From Calcarisporiella thermophila CBS 279.70 (lineage: Eukaryota > Fungi > Calcarisporiellomycota), in NCBI RefSeq assembly GCF_041956535.1, contig NW_027192203.1, positions 493,406-557,405 of the forward strand: a DNA stretch of 64,000 nt. The letters are read 5' to 3'. The notes under the pieces are model-generated. The model did not search any database, was not told the DNA's origin, and was given only the letters and a program-made list of their open reading frames with translations. This document shows, in pieces, positions 12,120 to 24,433 of this stretch. How positions within the stretch are numbered: the stretch's first letter is position 1; each line of letters begins with the position of its first letter. The translations under genes were made by a program, and so were the position numbers.

Positions 12120-13304
12120 ATGCGTCTTGCTCTCGCAATTACTCTAACTTATACCTTGGCGAACTCCATGTTTGCCTCACCTATTCCCATAAAACGGAAC
12201 AACTTGGAGGCCGCCTCGTCCGAAGCTGGTGCGATACCCATCATACAGTATTGCGACGAAACGATAATGATCCAGACAGACCGATTCCCGCACTCAGCCA
12301 ATATCACATTCGAGGCTGCTGGTGAATATACCAAGACAAATACGACAGACAACAGCGAGAATAGCGAGGGATGCATTCGACTCCTTGCGATCAATCCACT
12401 CGACTTGACTGCACCCGAAAACGAAGTTGCCCCATCGTTCGAGAATGTGTCATTATGTGGCCTTACGGCAAGGAACATGACTAGTAAAATTCTCCTCGAA
12501 ACAACTCTGCTTGTAATAAACGGAACGGCTGCATATAAGAAAGAGGAAAAGTGTCTCGAAATATATGATGTGAGTGCAGTGGATCCGAATGTGATCAGAG
12601 CAGAGGAGATCAAGCGCACTGTAGAGGAGCTTGCTTCACGGGTCAAGTCGAAACCCGAAGAAACCAGTGAGGGTGAAAGAAATCCATCAGAGGTCAACTA
12701 TGCTCAAGGTCAAAATACTGTGTCGGATATTTCATCCATTGTTACTAGCGAGCTAGAGGGCCCAAACTTCAAATTGACTTCCTCTAGCTCTAGTCCCGTC
12801 ACCTCCGCTTCAGAGACGCCTTCAAAATCAAAAAAAGGAGACGAGGATCAAAAGGCTGACAGTACAAACACCCCCACGAGCACCAGTGCATCTGCAGAGG
12901 CTACTTCTGAGTCCAAGGAACCAAAACAGAATACTTCTTCGAAGAATAAGTCGGAAGTAGACGCTGAAGTAACTTCGAGCGGTAGCAAGGGATCATTCCG
13001 TGGCGATGGTACTTGGTACAACCCAAGCGATGGGATGGGCGCGTGCGGTTTCTCAACCGAGAAAACAACGGATAACGACATGGTTGCTGCTATAAGCTCT
13101 TCTCTCTACGGTCCGGGCAGCAATGGGGCTCCGAACTGTGGTCGTCACGCCACGGTTCGCGGACCGAATGGAAGTGTCACGGTTAGAATAGTTGATAAAT
13201 GCCCCCCATGCTCTCATGGAGATATTGATTTGAGCCCGAGCGCGTTCAAGAAGATTGCAAACCTCAACGATGGTCGTGTGCCTGTTTCGTGGACCTTTGT
13301 GTGA
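12120..13304 (+). CDS. Secreted RlpA-like double-psi beta-barrel (expansin/loosenin-like) protein
   Basis: Signal peptide, Ser/Thr/Lys-rich linker, C-terminal DPBB: GDGTWY..GMGACG...MVAAIS...CGR...VTVRIVDKCPPC..GDIDLSPSAF..IA....GRVPVSW; TATAAAA near 12005. Confidence 0.9.
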   Translation: MRLALAITLTYTLANSMFASPIPIKRNNLEAASSEAGAIPIIQYCDETIMIQTDRFPHSANITFEAAGEYTKTNTTDNSENSEGCIRLLAINPLDLTAPENEVAPSFENVSLCGLTARNMTSKILLETTLLVINGTAAYKKEEKCLEIYDVSAVDPNVIRAEEIKRTVEELASRVKSKPEETSEGERNPSEVNYAQGQNTVSDISSIVTSELEGPNFKLTSSSSSPVTSASETPSKSKKGDEDQKADSTNTPTSTSASAEATSESKEPKQNTSSKNKSEVDAEVTSSGSKGSFRGDGTWYNPSDGMGACGFSTEKTTDNDMVAAISSSLYGPGSNGAPNCGRHATVRGPNGSVTVRIVDKCPPCSHGDIDLSPSAFKKIANLNDGRVPVSWTFV

Positions 13305-14186
13305 ATAGTGTAGAGAGGAGACAGATATTCTTATCAGATGAGCCGGCTCTTCTGAAGATTATAGAGGCGTTTTCTCTCTTTTGTAATCTAGAATAGGAAA
13401 CGGTTTTCTGTATATACCTTCCTTATCCGTTCTTTATTCCATATATATATTTATTTAAAAGTATAAATCCCCCTACTTTATATCACGCATTTGTTTGTTG
13501 TTATATAGGTTTTTTTATGTCTAGTGTATTTCCTTCGCCCTTCCAATCTTTGAGTAGATTATTATGTTCTATAGTGGTAGGAATTATATGAGAATATATG
13601 TTTAATAAAGAGGATCTCCTTCATCATATTTACTGTAAGCAAATATTCCTCAAGAAGAACCGTTCAACGCAAAATCACCTCAATAGCTATGTGAACAAAA
13701 TTTTGTTTACAGATAGCAATTGAGGCGACAATACAGTGTCTTGAAGCATAATGATGTAACAAAAAAGGCATTGAAAAAACAACCCAACTGAAATATATAA
13801 ATTCATTGACCCAATTATTATCATTCTGCGTGATTGACCCATGAGAACTCCAATTAATACAAAAATCCAACCGGTATCGAATGCTTCAATTAATCTTTTA
13901 TGCTTTTGAGCTGTAATATGGTTTGTGCGTTTACTGCAAAAAATTTCGAATTGCATAACATGCATAAGTAAATCTTGACTCCACAGAGACTTTAATATAA
14001 TTTAAACCATGAAAGACTGATTGACATAATACCACTTTTGGGACAATAGCATCTCATTAGGAGGAGAGAAAAGGTGGAAACAAAGAATATTAAAGGTATA
14101 CATTGCGAAGAAATAAATAAATGTAGACAATATGAATGGGAGTGTTCAATAAAACCGTCGATAGGGTTTTTTGTAGCCAATTCCAT

Positions 14187-14306
14187 TCAAGTCTCTTTTC
14201 TAGGCTCTTCAGTTTTTGGCTTCCGTAGGTGAATAACAGCTAGATGGTAGCGTAGCTGGGCATCCGTTTGGAACTGACTGAGGCAGTAGTTGCAATAGTA
14301 GGCCAT
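14187..14306 (-). CDS. 39-aa single C2H2 zinc-finger microprotein
   Basis: MAYYCNYCLSQFQTDAQLRYHLAVIHLRKPKTEEPRKET* fits Y-x-C-x2-C-x3-F-x5-L-x2-H-x4-H; start context acaATGG; TATATATA about 160 bp upstream. Confidence 0.75.
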   Translation of the reverse strand: MAYYCNYCLSQFQTDAQLRYHLAVIHLRKPKTEEPRKET

Positions 14307-14968
14307 TGTGTTTCTTGATCCTCTATTATAATCGCTGAGCACCAGCGAGTGAAACGCAAATATAATAAAAAAGATAAAGAAGCTAGAAAAACGAAGAAAT
14401 GAAAATAAATATAAACATAAAACACAAGTGACAAAAAAAATTGAGACGCGGAGGAGTGTCCCGCTATATATACGATGCCAGCACCCATAGCTGCATTCTC
14501 CACGTGTGGGCTCGTGGTCAATTTTACCTTATCTTGTTTTATTATTGTTATAAAATATATAAAGGGAAAGGGTGGCATTTGTCTATTACAGTTGTGGATG
14601 CACACCATGTGGCTTTCTATTTCTATGGTCACCACTGCCATTATTAACTAGGAATTTTTTATTAATTGTTTGTAGTTTTATTAGTTTGCTCAAGGGCCAT
14701 TTAGAATGGAAGGAAGCGTTCGATATTTGGTAAGACATTGACATACCGGCTGAGTGGCTAACCTTCTCCCAGACGTAGTAAGGTTGGCTGGGTCAATCTG
14801 CCTGAATGCTCCTCCTCTCCTGCGGCTAAGAATTCGGCCAACCGCGCCTCAGTTAACCGCGTCACAGAATTTTGCTCTTTTTTCTACCTTTGTATTAAAA
14901 TTAGACACTGAAGCAATTCAAGAGGAGCAGAAGCAGCGAGCGGGGGCCATCTCATCTATACACGAATC

Positions 14969-17938
14969 ATGTCAGACTATTTCAGTCGTGCTGCGGCTTT
15001 CGCTCAGAATGCTGCCAAAATCTCAAAAAAGGTGTCCGAGGGCCTGGTCGAAAATGCCCGTGAACTAGGATTTGACGCGATGGCGGTTGGGGGCGGAGCG
15101 AACAGCAGTGGGAACTACTTCGATATGTCCGAGGAGAAAATGCGCAACATCAGAAGTCAACTTGACTCACGCTACGATCGCGAGAAGCTCGAGGGGCTAA
15201 AGCGCTTGATCGCAATGATTTCTAGAGGACGCGATGTTCGTGAGTTCTTCCCCAATGTCGTCAAAAATGTTGCATCGCAAAATATCGAGATCCGAAAGCT
15301 GGTGTATATCTATCTCCTGCGCTATGCAGAGCAGGAGCCTGATCTGGCTCTACTGTCTATAAACACATTCCAGAAGGATCTTACTGATCAAAATCCATTG
15401 ATTCGTGCCATGGCTCTGCGTGTGATGTCTGGAATCCGTGTTCCTGTCATCAGTCCCATTGTGATGCTCGGCATTAAAAAATGTGTGAAGGATCTGTCTC
15501 CATATGTTCGTAAAACCGCCGCCCATGCAATACCCAAGCTGTTAAGGTGTTTTAGGTTTTTAATTGCGATGATGTTCTAACAAACACACTAATACGGTAT
15601 TATTTTCTTACCCATTTAGCCTCGATCCTTCGCAATTAGAGCCGCTGATCGACATCATCAGCGATATGTTAAACGATAATTCTACATTTACAATAGGAAG
15701 TGTAATAATGGCATTTAATGAGGTATGCCCTGAGCGTTATGATCTCATCCATCCACATTTCCGCAAACTCTGCCGCATGCTGATTGACTGTGATGAATGG
15801 GGCCAAATCGCAACGTTAGACCTCCTTCTACGATACTCCAGGTTGGTTTTGCACAGAAATACAAATGCTTTGGATTTGGCCCATTTATTTATGTTTATCT
15901 CATATATGAAGGACACAATTCACCGACCCGAATATCAATGTATGTGCTAATTATATATGTCTTCGAAAAACTGAGGATTAACCTACGATTCTACTATAGG
16001 GGACTACTTACAGAGGTGAAACGACCAAGACAAAAAATGAAAAATCATTTTACTCTGATGAGGACGAAGAGGATTCGGACGATGAGTACGCGGACCCCCA
16101 CCTATTAGACCCGGATCATGAGCTTTTACTTCGATCGTGCGCATCTCTCTTCCAGAGCCGAAATAGTGGGGTATGTTTGCCCCTGATATTGATTGTAGAA
16201 TTTTGTTTAACAATTTTCCCCGTCAGGTTGTGTTATCAGTTGCCAAGGTTTTCTATCACCTAGCCCCGGATAGCGAGGCCCAAAAAATTGCAAAGCCCTT
16301 GCTTAAACTACTGCGGTCGCATCGAGAAATGCAATACGTGGTGCTAGCAAATATTGCGACAATTGCGACTGAACGCCCCGTGAGTGTCTCGATAGTGGCG
16401 ATTTAGTTGGAATACATCGAATTAATGTAGGAAACTCTCTTTTAAATAGCACCTCTTTGAACCTCATCACCAGCATTTTTATGTCCGCTCTACCGATCCG
16501 CCGTTCATATACCGCCTGAAGCTTGAAATCCTTACACTTATCGCGACCGAGACAAATATCAACACTTTACTGCGCGAATTACAGGCATATGTGAAGAGTC
16601 CAAGCAAAGATTTTGTCACAGTGACTATCCAGGCTATCGGCAGGTGCGCGATGCGTGTCCCCAAGATGGCGGATACGTGCTTACATGGGCTAATGAAATT
16701 ACTGTGGAGTAAAAATGGTAAATATTTTTTCCAGCCGCCTGGGATGAACCTCTTTCCCATTGCTTTTCTATTGCCTTTTACAGACGCTGTGGTTGCGGAA
16801 TCGGTAGTCGTTATTAAACGACTACTTCAAATGGGTGGTGCGGAGACAGCCGGTACGATTACACAGCTTGCACGAGCGTTTGATCATATCACCGTTCCAA
16901 TGGCCCGCGCAAGCATCCTATGGCTAATTGGGCAGTACGGGGAGCGACTGCCTAAAATTGGGCCTGATGTGCTGAGAAAGGCGACGAAAAATTTCATGAA
17001 CGAGGTGATGGGTTTCTTTATTAGCTGAAAATCATGCAAAAATATCTTATTTCATTCATTTTTATGCGTTTTTTTTAGGCCGATGTCACAAAGCTACAAA
17101 TTCTGACCCTGGCAGCCAAGCTTGTATGCCTTGAGTCAGACCAGCCAACGTTACGCCTTCTGTTCCAATATGTGCTCAATCTGGCGCGCTATGACCTTAA
17201 CTATGACGTCCGCGATCGTGCACGCCTTCTAAGGGGCTTGATGCTCGACTCGCCCGCGGCTGGGGTTGAGGCTGGCGTAGTGCTTCGCGCAGAAAAAAGT
17301 GTATTACAGGCTCGATGGAAACAGATATTGCTCTCTGAGAAGGATGCCCCGGTCGTGGTGAGTCCTTCGTCGGGGCGCCAGAGATTCATGCTCGGATCAC
17401 TTTCTCTAGTGTATAACCAGGAGGTGCCCGGTTATCGGCCATTGCCTGCATGGGCAACAGAAAAAACGGACAGCTCCGTACGGAATAGCAAGGTAAAGTG
17501 GACAATGGCTACTCAATATAATGCGTTATTATGGGTTTCTAACATTGGTCAACCTAGAATGAGACATGGGGAAGCCGTCCGATCGAGCGAGGCTTCGGAA
17601 GTGAAGATTTTGGCAATGTGCATGGACAGGGTGTGTATGCTGGGAGGGGAGTGGAGCAGAAAGTGGCTGTGAAGAGGGACAACGAGTATGATTTGGATGC
17701 ATTCTACGAGGAGACCGAAACTGAAGAGAGCGAAGAAGAGGAGGAGACGGAAGAGGAGGACGAGGAGGAAACAGAGGAGAGCCAAGAAGAAGACGAGGAG
17801 GACGAAGACGAGGAAGACGAAGACGAGGAGGACGAAGAAGAGGAAGACGAGGATGAGGATGAGGATGAGGATGAATATGAAGAGACTGAGGAAAGCGAAG
17901 ACGAGGAGGTTGCACAGCGATCAAAATTAATCAAATAA
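14969..17938 (+). CDS. APL6: AP-3 adaptor complex beta subunit
   Basis: Adaptin N domain: FFPNVVKNVAS.NIEIRKLVYIYLLRYAEQEPDLALLSINTFQK; DEWGQI; ARASILWLIG; ARYDLNYDVRDRAR; acidic C-terminal tract. Confidence 0.93.
17710..17908 (+). repeat. Low-complexity GAG/GAA/GAC/GAT tract encoding the poly-Glu/Asp tail of AP-3 beta
   Basis: Imperfect trinucleotide and hexanucleotide repeats, including (GAGGAT)n. Confidence 0.85.
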
Positions 17939-18214
17939 TGGTTTGCTCTGGGACTTGATTACACAGATTTTTTTCTTTCGATTGTCATTTATGTGTATTA
18001 TCCACTGGATTTTTCTCCCTCTCTTTTTTTTAATCGTTGACACTTTTCTATTCTTTAATGACGACTCAATTTCTTGCAGAGCAAAGTACCTGTGCGCACA
18101 CACCTTAAGATAGGTTAATCCACAGTCACCTGGGACGACTTTGATGAGTGCATCCAAATTTTTGCATATAAAGTAATATTTATTTGAATGCTATATGAAA
18201 AAAAAGCACATAAA

Positions 18215-18260
18215 CTATCAGCATATTAAGCGAAGGACATTTAGCTTAATATGCTGATAG
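18215..18260. repeat. Perfect 17-bp inverted repeat with a 12-nt spacer
   Basis: CTATCAGCATATTAAGC-gaaggacattta-GCTTAATATGCTGATAG. Confidence 0.9.
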
Positions 18261-18729
18261 GTGGAAATGCCAGTTTGGCAGACAAGTGGTCCTCAAAACA
18301 TATTCTAATCGTATTCAAATAGTGTGAGCAAAAGGCATCTTTTACTCAAACTCGCTCATTTAAAAAGTGATTGTATGTGCCCACTGTGAAGCTGAACTTC
18401 CCCTTAGATGTGGCATATTATTAAATATTCGTCCAAGAAAAACATCAACCAATCCTGCGCAACAATATTTTCTGTATATAAAAAAAAATTAAAGCAATTG
18501 GAAGTGGAACAGAAGAAATCTAATAAAGTTTTTTTATATTTTTCTGCATGTGGCAAAATAAAAAAAAATATAAAAGTGGAAAATAAGACAACTTTAAAGA
18601 AGAAAAGAAGAAAAAAAAATAACAAAACTCGCTACATTCTTTTTTTTACCACCACGAACTCTCCACAGACTGAACTCTCTAACAACACGCACGTACACAT
18701 AAACAATAATAAAAAGACAACCAACCCCA

Positions 18730-21700
18730 TTAATGTGTCAACGGCTGCATTCGATCTGTGAAGAGTCGTGGAGCGATGTTCATCGCCATAAGTTCCTGGA
18801 ACAAAAGTTTGCATGCATACGGGATCAAGAGCTGCGACACCTGTGTTTTGTTTCGGCATGCCCGGCACTCGAAACTGTTCTTTTTCAAGTTTGCCATGGC
18901 CATTAGGCCGCACAAATCGCATACATGGATTCGGTATGCGTCCGAGGCGTCATACAAACGCTCGCGAAGGAACTGCGCCGCACCATGGGAGATCATACAG
19001 TCGCGCTCCATCTCACCAAATCGAAGCCCACCATCACGGGACCGCCCCTCGACGGGCTGGCGCGTAAGAATCTGGACGGGACCACGGGCCCGCGAGTGAA
19101 TCTTGTCGTCCACCATGTGTTTCAGACGCTGGTAGTAGGTGGGTCCGAGGAACACCTGGGCCATGAGCTTGCGACCCGTGTGGCCGTTGTACATCACCTC
19201 GAATCCACGCTGCTGGTATCCGTGCTCCGCAAGAGCCTTGGAAATGGCCTCCACTGTGACATCGGTGAAGGGTGTTGCGTCACCCTCGTTGCCAGAGAGA
19301 GTGGACACCTTGCCAAGCAGACACTCGACCAAGTGCCCGATGGTCATACGGGACGGGATGGCATGCGGGTTGATGATCAGGTCGGGGGTGATTCCCTCCG
19401 CCGAGAAGGGCATATCCTCCTGCCGGTATGTGATGCCGATCGTACCCTTCTGACCGTGCCGAGAAGCGAACTTATCGCCCATTTGGGGGACACGCGTACT
19501 ACGCACTCGCACCTTCACAAACTTGAGGCCCTCCTGGTTCGTCGTCACCAGCACCTGATCCACAATGCCGATCTCAGTGCTGCGCAGCGGGGTGGACACG
19601 TCCCGCCGTGTGTGTGTTTGTAGACGCTGCCCATACTCCTCCGAATCCGGAGGTATTGGCGCTGTCTTGCCGATAATGATATCGTCGCCGGCGACTCGCG
19701 TGCCGGGGGCAATCAGCCCGTCTTCCTCCAGCTTGTCGTAGGTGCCGTGCTTGAGGCGAAGGGTGTTCTCCCGCAGGGGCTTTTCAAACTCCTCCATCAC
19801 CATCATGCCCACCTTCTTCTCCTGGTCCATGTATGTTTTATAGTACAGACTCCTGAACAAGCCCCGATCAATACTGCTTTGATTCATGATCACCGAATCC
19901 TCCTGGTTATAGCCGCTGTAGCACAGGATTGCCACGACGGCGTTCTGGCCAGCCGGCAACTCACGGAATCGGAGGTATTCCATGGAGCGGGTGGTCACAA
20001 GCGGCTTCTGCGGGTAGTAGAGGATGTTTGCGATCGTGTCAAAGCGCACCTGATAATTGGTCAGATACACGCCCATGGCCTGTTTACCCATGGCGGATTG
20101 ATATGTGTTACGGGGAGACTGGTTGTGGTCGGGGAAGGGAATGATGCTAGCGCAGATTCCGAGGATCATACTCGGGTGAATCTCGCAGTGCGTCCATGTG
20201 TGGGAAAAGAGCGACTGCGAACTCTTTACTCTTGCCGCCAAGTCGCGCTCCACGGGTGGCACGTATCCGAGCTGCGAGTACATCCGTGACTGTGCGAGGT
20301 CCTCGGGGGTCATGCAGATCATGGCGGTCTCCTCCTCCTCAGCATCGATATATTCCACCACACCGTGGGACACGAGCTCATCCCACCGGAACCCGCCGCC
20401 ATTGTCCAGGTCTCGATTCTGCAGCTCGCGCACATGCTCCTTCGTCAAAAGCAGCCGCTCATTCTCCACGATAAAGAGGGGGCGACAGCATCGGCCCGCG
20501 TCCGTGTAGAGACGCAGCTCTCTCTCTCGGATATCCCGAACCACACTCACTTCGGGGCTGATATCCACGCAGCGTCGCAGCTTTCGAAGCGTGTTCACCA
20601 GCTCGCTTGGATCCCGATGTACACCCACCCACACGCCATTCACGAAGATTTTGGTCGCATCCGGGATGCTTGTGCTCGACAACTCCTCCAAGTTCTCCAT
20701 CGCCCACTCCTCCAAGAACTCGATGATCGGGGCCGCAGCACTTCCCACCGAGATGTACGCCATGAGGGCCAGATTTTTTACCAAACCACAAGCCTGTCCT
20801 TCGGGCGTTTCTGCCGGACATACCATGCCCCAGTGGGTGTTGTGCAGCTGACGGGGCTTGGCGAGCTTGCCTTCGCGACCAATGGGGGTATTACATCTAC
20901 GCAAGTGAGAGAGGGTGGACGCGAATGTGTACCGATTAAGCACCTGGGAGACACCCGCCTTCGACTGCATTGCCTTTGATTGTTCGCCCCAGTTGCCAGT
21001 GGCGAGCGAGTATTTGAGACCGTTGGTGATAGTGTTGGATTTGATTGCCAGTGTAAGGTTAAACTCGCGATTTGAGTCTATGCATTTTTGCAGGTATTTG
21101 CTGACATCTTTGTTGAGCTTCCGGAACAGGGTACGGAAAAGCCCTGCCATGAGAGGCCCAGCAAGATCTAACCGCTTCTTGCCGTAGTGGTCACGATCGT
21201 CAAGCTCTCGTCGTTCCAGTGCAGCCAGCAGCAACCGATGAATCATATAGCCGAAGAAGTATGCCTTTCGAGTCTCGTTGAAATGGGTTGTGCCAACATG
21301 AGGCAACACTTCCTTCTGTAAAATATCTGAGGCGTACCTAAAATGCAGTGACGAGTTGTTAACATCAGGACGAGCTAAAGCAAATTACGGAAAAAACGAC
21401 TTACTTAATACGTTTATCTCTTGTGATGCCCACAGTTGTTCCTCTCTTTCCAATGAAATCTAGCGCGCTCTAATAGGAAAAGCAAGGGAGGAAGCGTGGG
21501 GGAGAGGGGAGAAGCGATATCAGTATAAATAGACTGGCTATGGGATCAGTGAAAATGATTCGAGCATACCTCTCGGTCTTGGATGATGAATGCCTCTTCA
21601 ATACAAGGCTTTAGCATGTCCAGCATTTCCATATCATTTGGATCATAACAGATGTGCTCCAATACATCGCGGTCGGCGACAATACCAAAAGCACGGAATA

Positions 21701-22949
21701 CAATTACCACCGGAATATCTTGCCGAGAATAGGGTAGTTGTGCTCGAATGTACTGACCAGTAGACTGTAATGAAAGAGTAAGAGATGCATGACTCGATAT
21801 TATTGCACTGAACTGATACTTACTCCCTTGTCAGCACTCCGTGCAAGCATCTTGATCATGAGTTGACTCGCAACCTTGGATCCCTTTTCGACAGCACTTT
21901 TTATCTCGGCTGAATATGAGTATGGAGATGGCTGTGCCTTAGCAAATACATAGACGTTGTTGGTGGCCATTCTTTCTTGTGCAATCAATACTTTTTCTGA
22001 ACCACCCACGACAAAGTAACCACCCTTTTATAGCAAAATATATAAAAAAAGTCATATAAAGCCCGATATTACGAGATCTCCTAATTTGAAGTACCTGATC
22101 AAATGGGCATTCATTCAGAGAGTACAGATCTTCGTCTTGTAAGCTGTTAAGGATACAATATGTGGACCGTAACATAATGGGGACTTTGCCGATGAAGACT
22201 TTCTGTGAAGCTTCCTCCTCATCCATCGTCTCCTCGATCATGTGCATATCGCTCACATTAGTGATGCCTTGGTTTCGGGGATCATTGGGATCGGCAATCT
22301 CAACACGCTTTCTCATGTCAACATATAAGGGGGCAGCATATCTACGAGCCAATGAGCAAAAAATGAATAAAGGAGAGATGGAGAAGGGGCGGGGGGATGG
22401 GAGATCATTGGAAAAACTATACTCACGTCAGATTTCGGAGCCGTGCCTCCTGTGGGAACATGGGAGTAGTGCTCCCATCAGCTTCTGTCATGGTCGGTTT
22501 AGATAAGTAGATTTGACCAAATTCAATATGGTATCGTCTCTACAAATAGATAAAAGTGGGGGGAGAGATCAACCAACTGCCGATCTTGCCTAAAGAACAT
22601 CCACAAAAGATCAAAGGAAACAAGATATTCACTGTCACATCGCCACCCTCCTGCCCAGTGTGCTGTGCGGTGCTCTGGAGCAGCAACTTGGAATTTTCGT
22701 CAACAATCTCTTGGATCGTGTTCTGCACAAATTCATCGAAGGAATCGAGCTGCTGGCGGACTAACCGTTTATCCTCAAAGAACGAGGAGATGACCGTCCA
22801 GCAGTCTTCCTGAGTGATCTCATCTTCTTCATAGTACTCTGTCAAGAGAGTGAAATAGATTTAGATTATGATCAAATATAATCGAGATCCCATTTGATCA
22901 GGATCAAACTCTCGGGGGAGAGGAGCGGTTAGCCACCTTCTGTTTGCAT
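18730..22949 (-). CDS. RPB2: RNA polymerase II second-largest subunit
   Basis: [51 protein letters not shown]; first exon MQTE(E) at 22949 spliced to [13 protein letters not shown]. Confidence 0.99.
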
Positions 22950-22990
22950 TTCCTGAGGATCGTGCATTTTGTGTAGATTTCACGTTTCTC

Positions 22991-23354
22991 TCGCGTTCTT
23001 TTGGCGCGTTCTTTTCTCTCTACCGGGAAGAAAAAAAGACCAAAAGAATCGATCGAGACGAGCTGTTGATCAAAGGGAGGAAGATGTTAAATCTGAGCTG
23101 AAGAAAAACAATAGAGTCAACGTCATAAGCTGCGCCTCATACGCGTTCGATCTTCGTGTACTTCGCGTTAATAGAGAGGAGAGGGTTCTCTTTCCCTGGA
23201 TCTGTAGAACCCACCTCTCGCGATCATCACTCCTCTGACCTTGCTTTTCCCATCCCCATTCTTAGCAAGATATCTTTTTTTTTAAAAAAAAAGGGAACTA
23301 CCTAGACAATACCATTGAATTGCATATTTCTTTTAGATTTGCAATCACACGCGT
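22991..23354. promoter_or_regulatory. RPB2/Borealin divergent promoter with E2F-like (TTTGGCGC) and MCB (ACGCGT) sites
   Basis: TTTGGCGCG at 23000-23008; ACGCGT at 23141-23146 and 23349-23354; further CGCG cores near 22992 and 23164. Confidence 0.5.
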
Positions 23355-23478
23355 CAACCACTCCTTTTCCTTTTTCCTCCATCCTCTTGCCAATTCTAAA
23401 CTCGACCTTCTATATCCTAATTATACTCTTCATTTCCTTATACCATAACGCAGCTTCATCTGTGCATACTCTATAACG

Positions 23479-24433
23479 ATGCCAATACGAAGAGCTCGCG
23501 GTCCCAAATTATCTGACGGTTCAGGCCATTCGCCATCAAGCAAAGAAGGCAAACCTCCCTACTCCCCCGCCCGTGCCGACAAGGAAAATCTATATGTTGA
23601 TGATAAAGCCAATGACGCGCTCGCACCGCGTACCGTTCGATTCAAAACGCCGCCCAAGAAGCCAAAGCGACTCAAGATATCCGAGGAAGAGAAAAGAGTG
23701 CTGTTGAAAAATTTAGATTTGGAAGGTACGGTCAATATAGAAAGGTTATGGTTTGGATTGAGTGCCAATTAGATTAATCGATTGATGTGTCTCCACATTA
23801 GTTGAAGATCGATGTAAGAAGCTGTCAAACTATATATCCTCTCTCTGCAATTCTATCATGATGCGAGGAGGAATAGAGATCAACCGGTATCCGGCAGCCA
23901 TTCGACGCATGACCTTGCAAGAGTATTGCGATACCTACGGTGCAGATGCTAGGCGCTACTTTGAACGGCAAGCCGCTCAAAAGTACGAGAATCGATTACC
24001 CGATGTGCCAATGTCATCCAAAGCCAAGTAAGTGGAGTCAAACACATGCTATTAAAGCATCACACTTATACTAGCCTCCCTCTTCAACCAGAAAACGCAT
24101 AATGGAGAATGGAAATACGGACCACGCAGCCTCGCCTCTACGTGGACGCGCAGCAGCGAACGGTCATCTTCAGGATAAGGTAAACTACTCCTCTCCCCCT
24201 CTCCACATCCGCTCAAAGCCCCGTGCTGACTAAAATCTGAATGCATCGGTTGGCAGACAAACGATGGCTCCAACATGGTGGATCAGCTTGCTCTCCTTCA
24301 AGAACAGATATCTCAGGCCATGATGACACAGGAGGGTAATGGTGCGCTGCTACAAAAGCAGTTTTCAGATCAACTGCAACAGATACAATTGCAACTAGAT
24401 AGATGGAAGAACAAGATGATGCTGAACGAATAA
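23479..24433 (+). CDS. Borealin/Nbl1 N-terminal domain protein (chromosomal passenger complex)
   Basis: Spliced EEEKRVLLKNLDLEVEDRCKKL..ISSLCNSIMMRGGIEINRYPAAIRRMTLQEY resembles Nbl1_Borealin_N; CDK-type SP/TP sites. Confidence 0.7.

Noticed and set aside
17704-17934. Poly-Ser and Arg/Lys-rich ORFs
   Set aside because: Antisense or alternative frames of the AP-3 beta acidic repeat
18215-18410. GCATATTAAGC and GCTGAACTT recalling the 5' end of LSU rRNA
   Set aside because: Only short, out-of-order matches with no extended rRNA similarity
18758-21187. Many plus-strand ORFs over RPB2
   Set aside because: Antisense shadows caused by GC-rich codon usage
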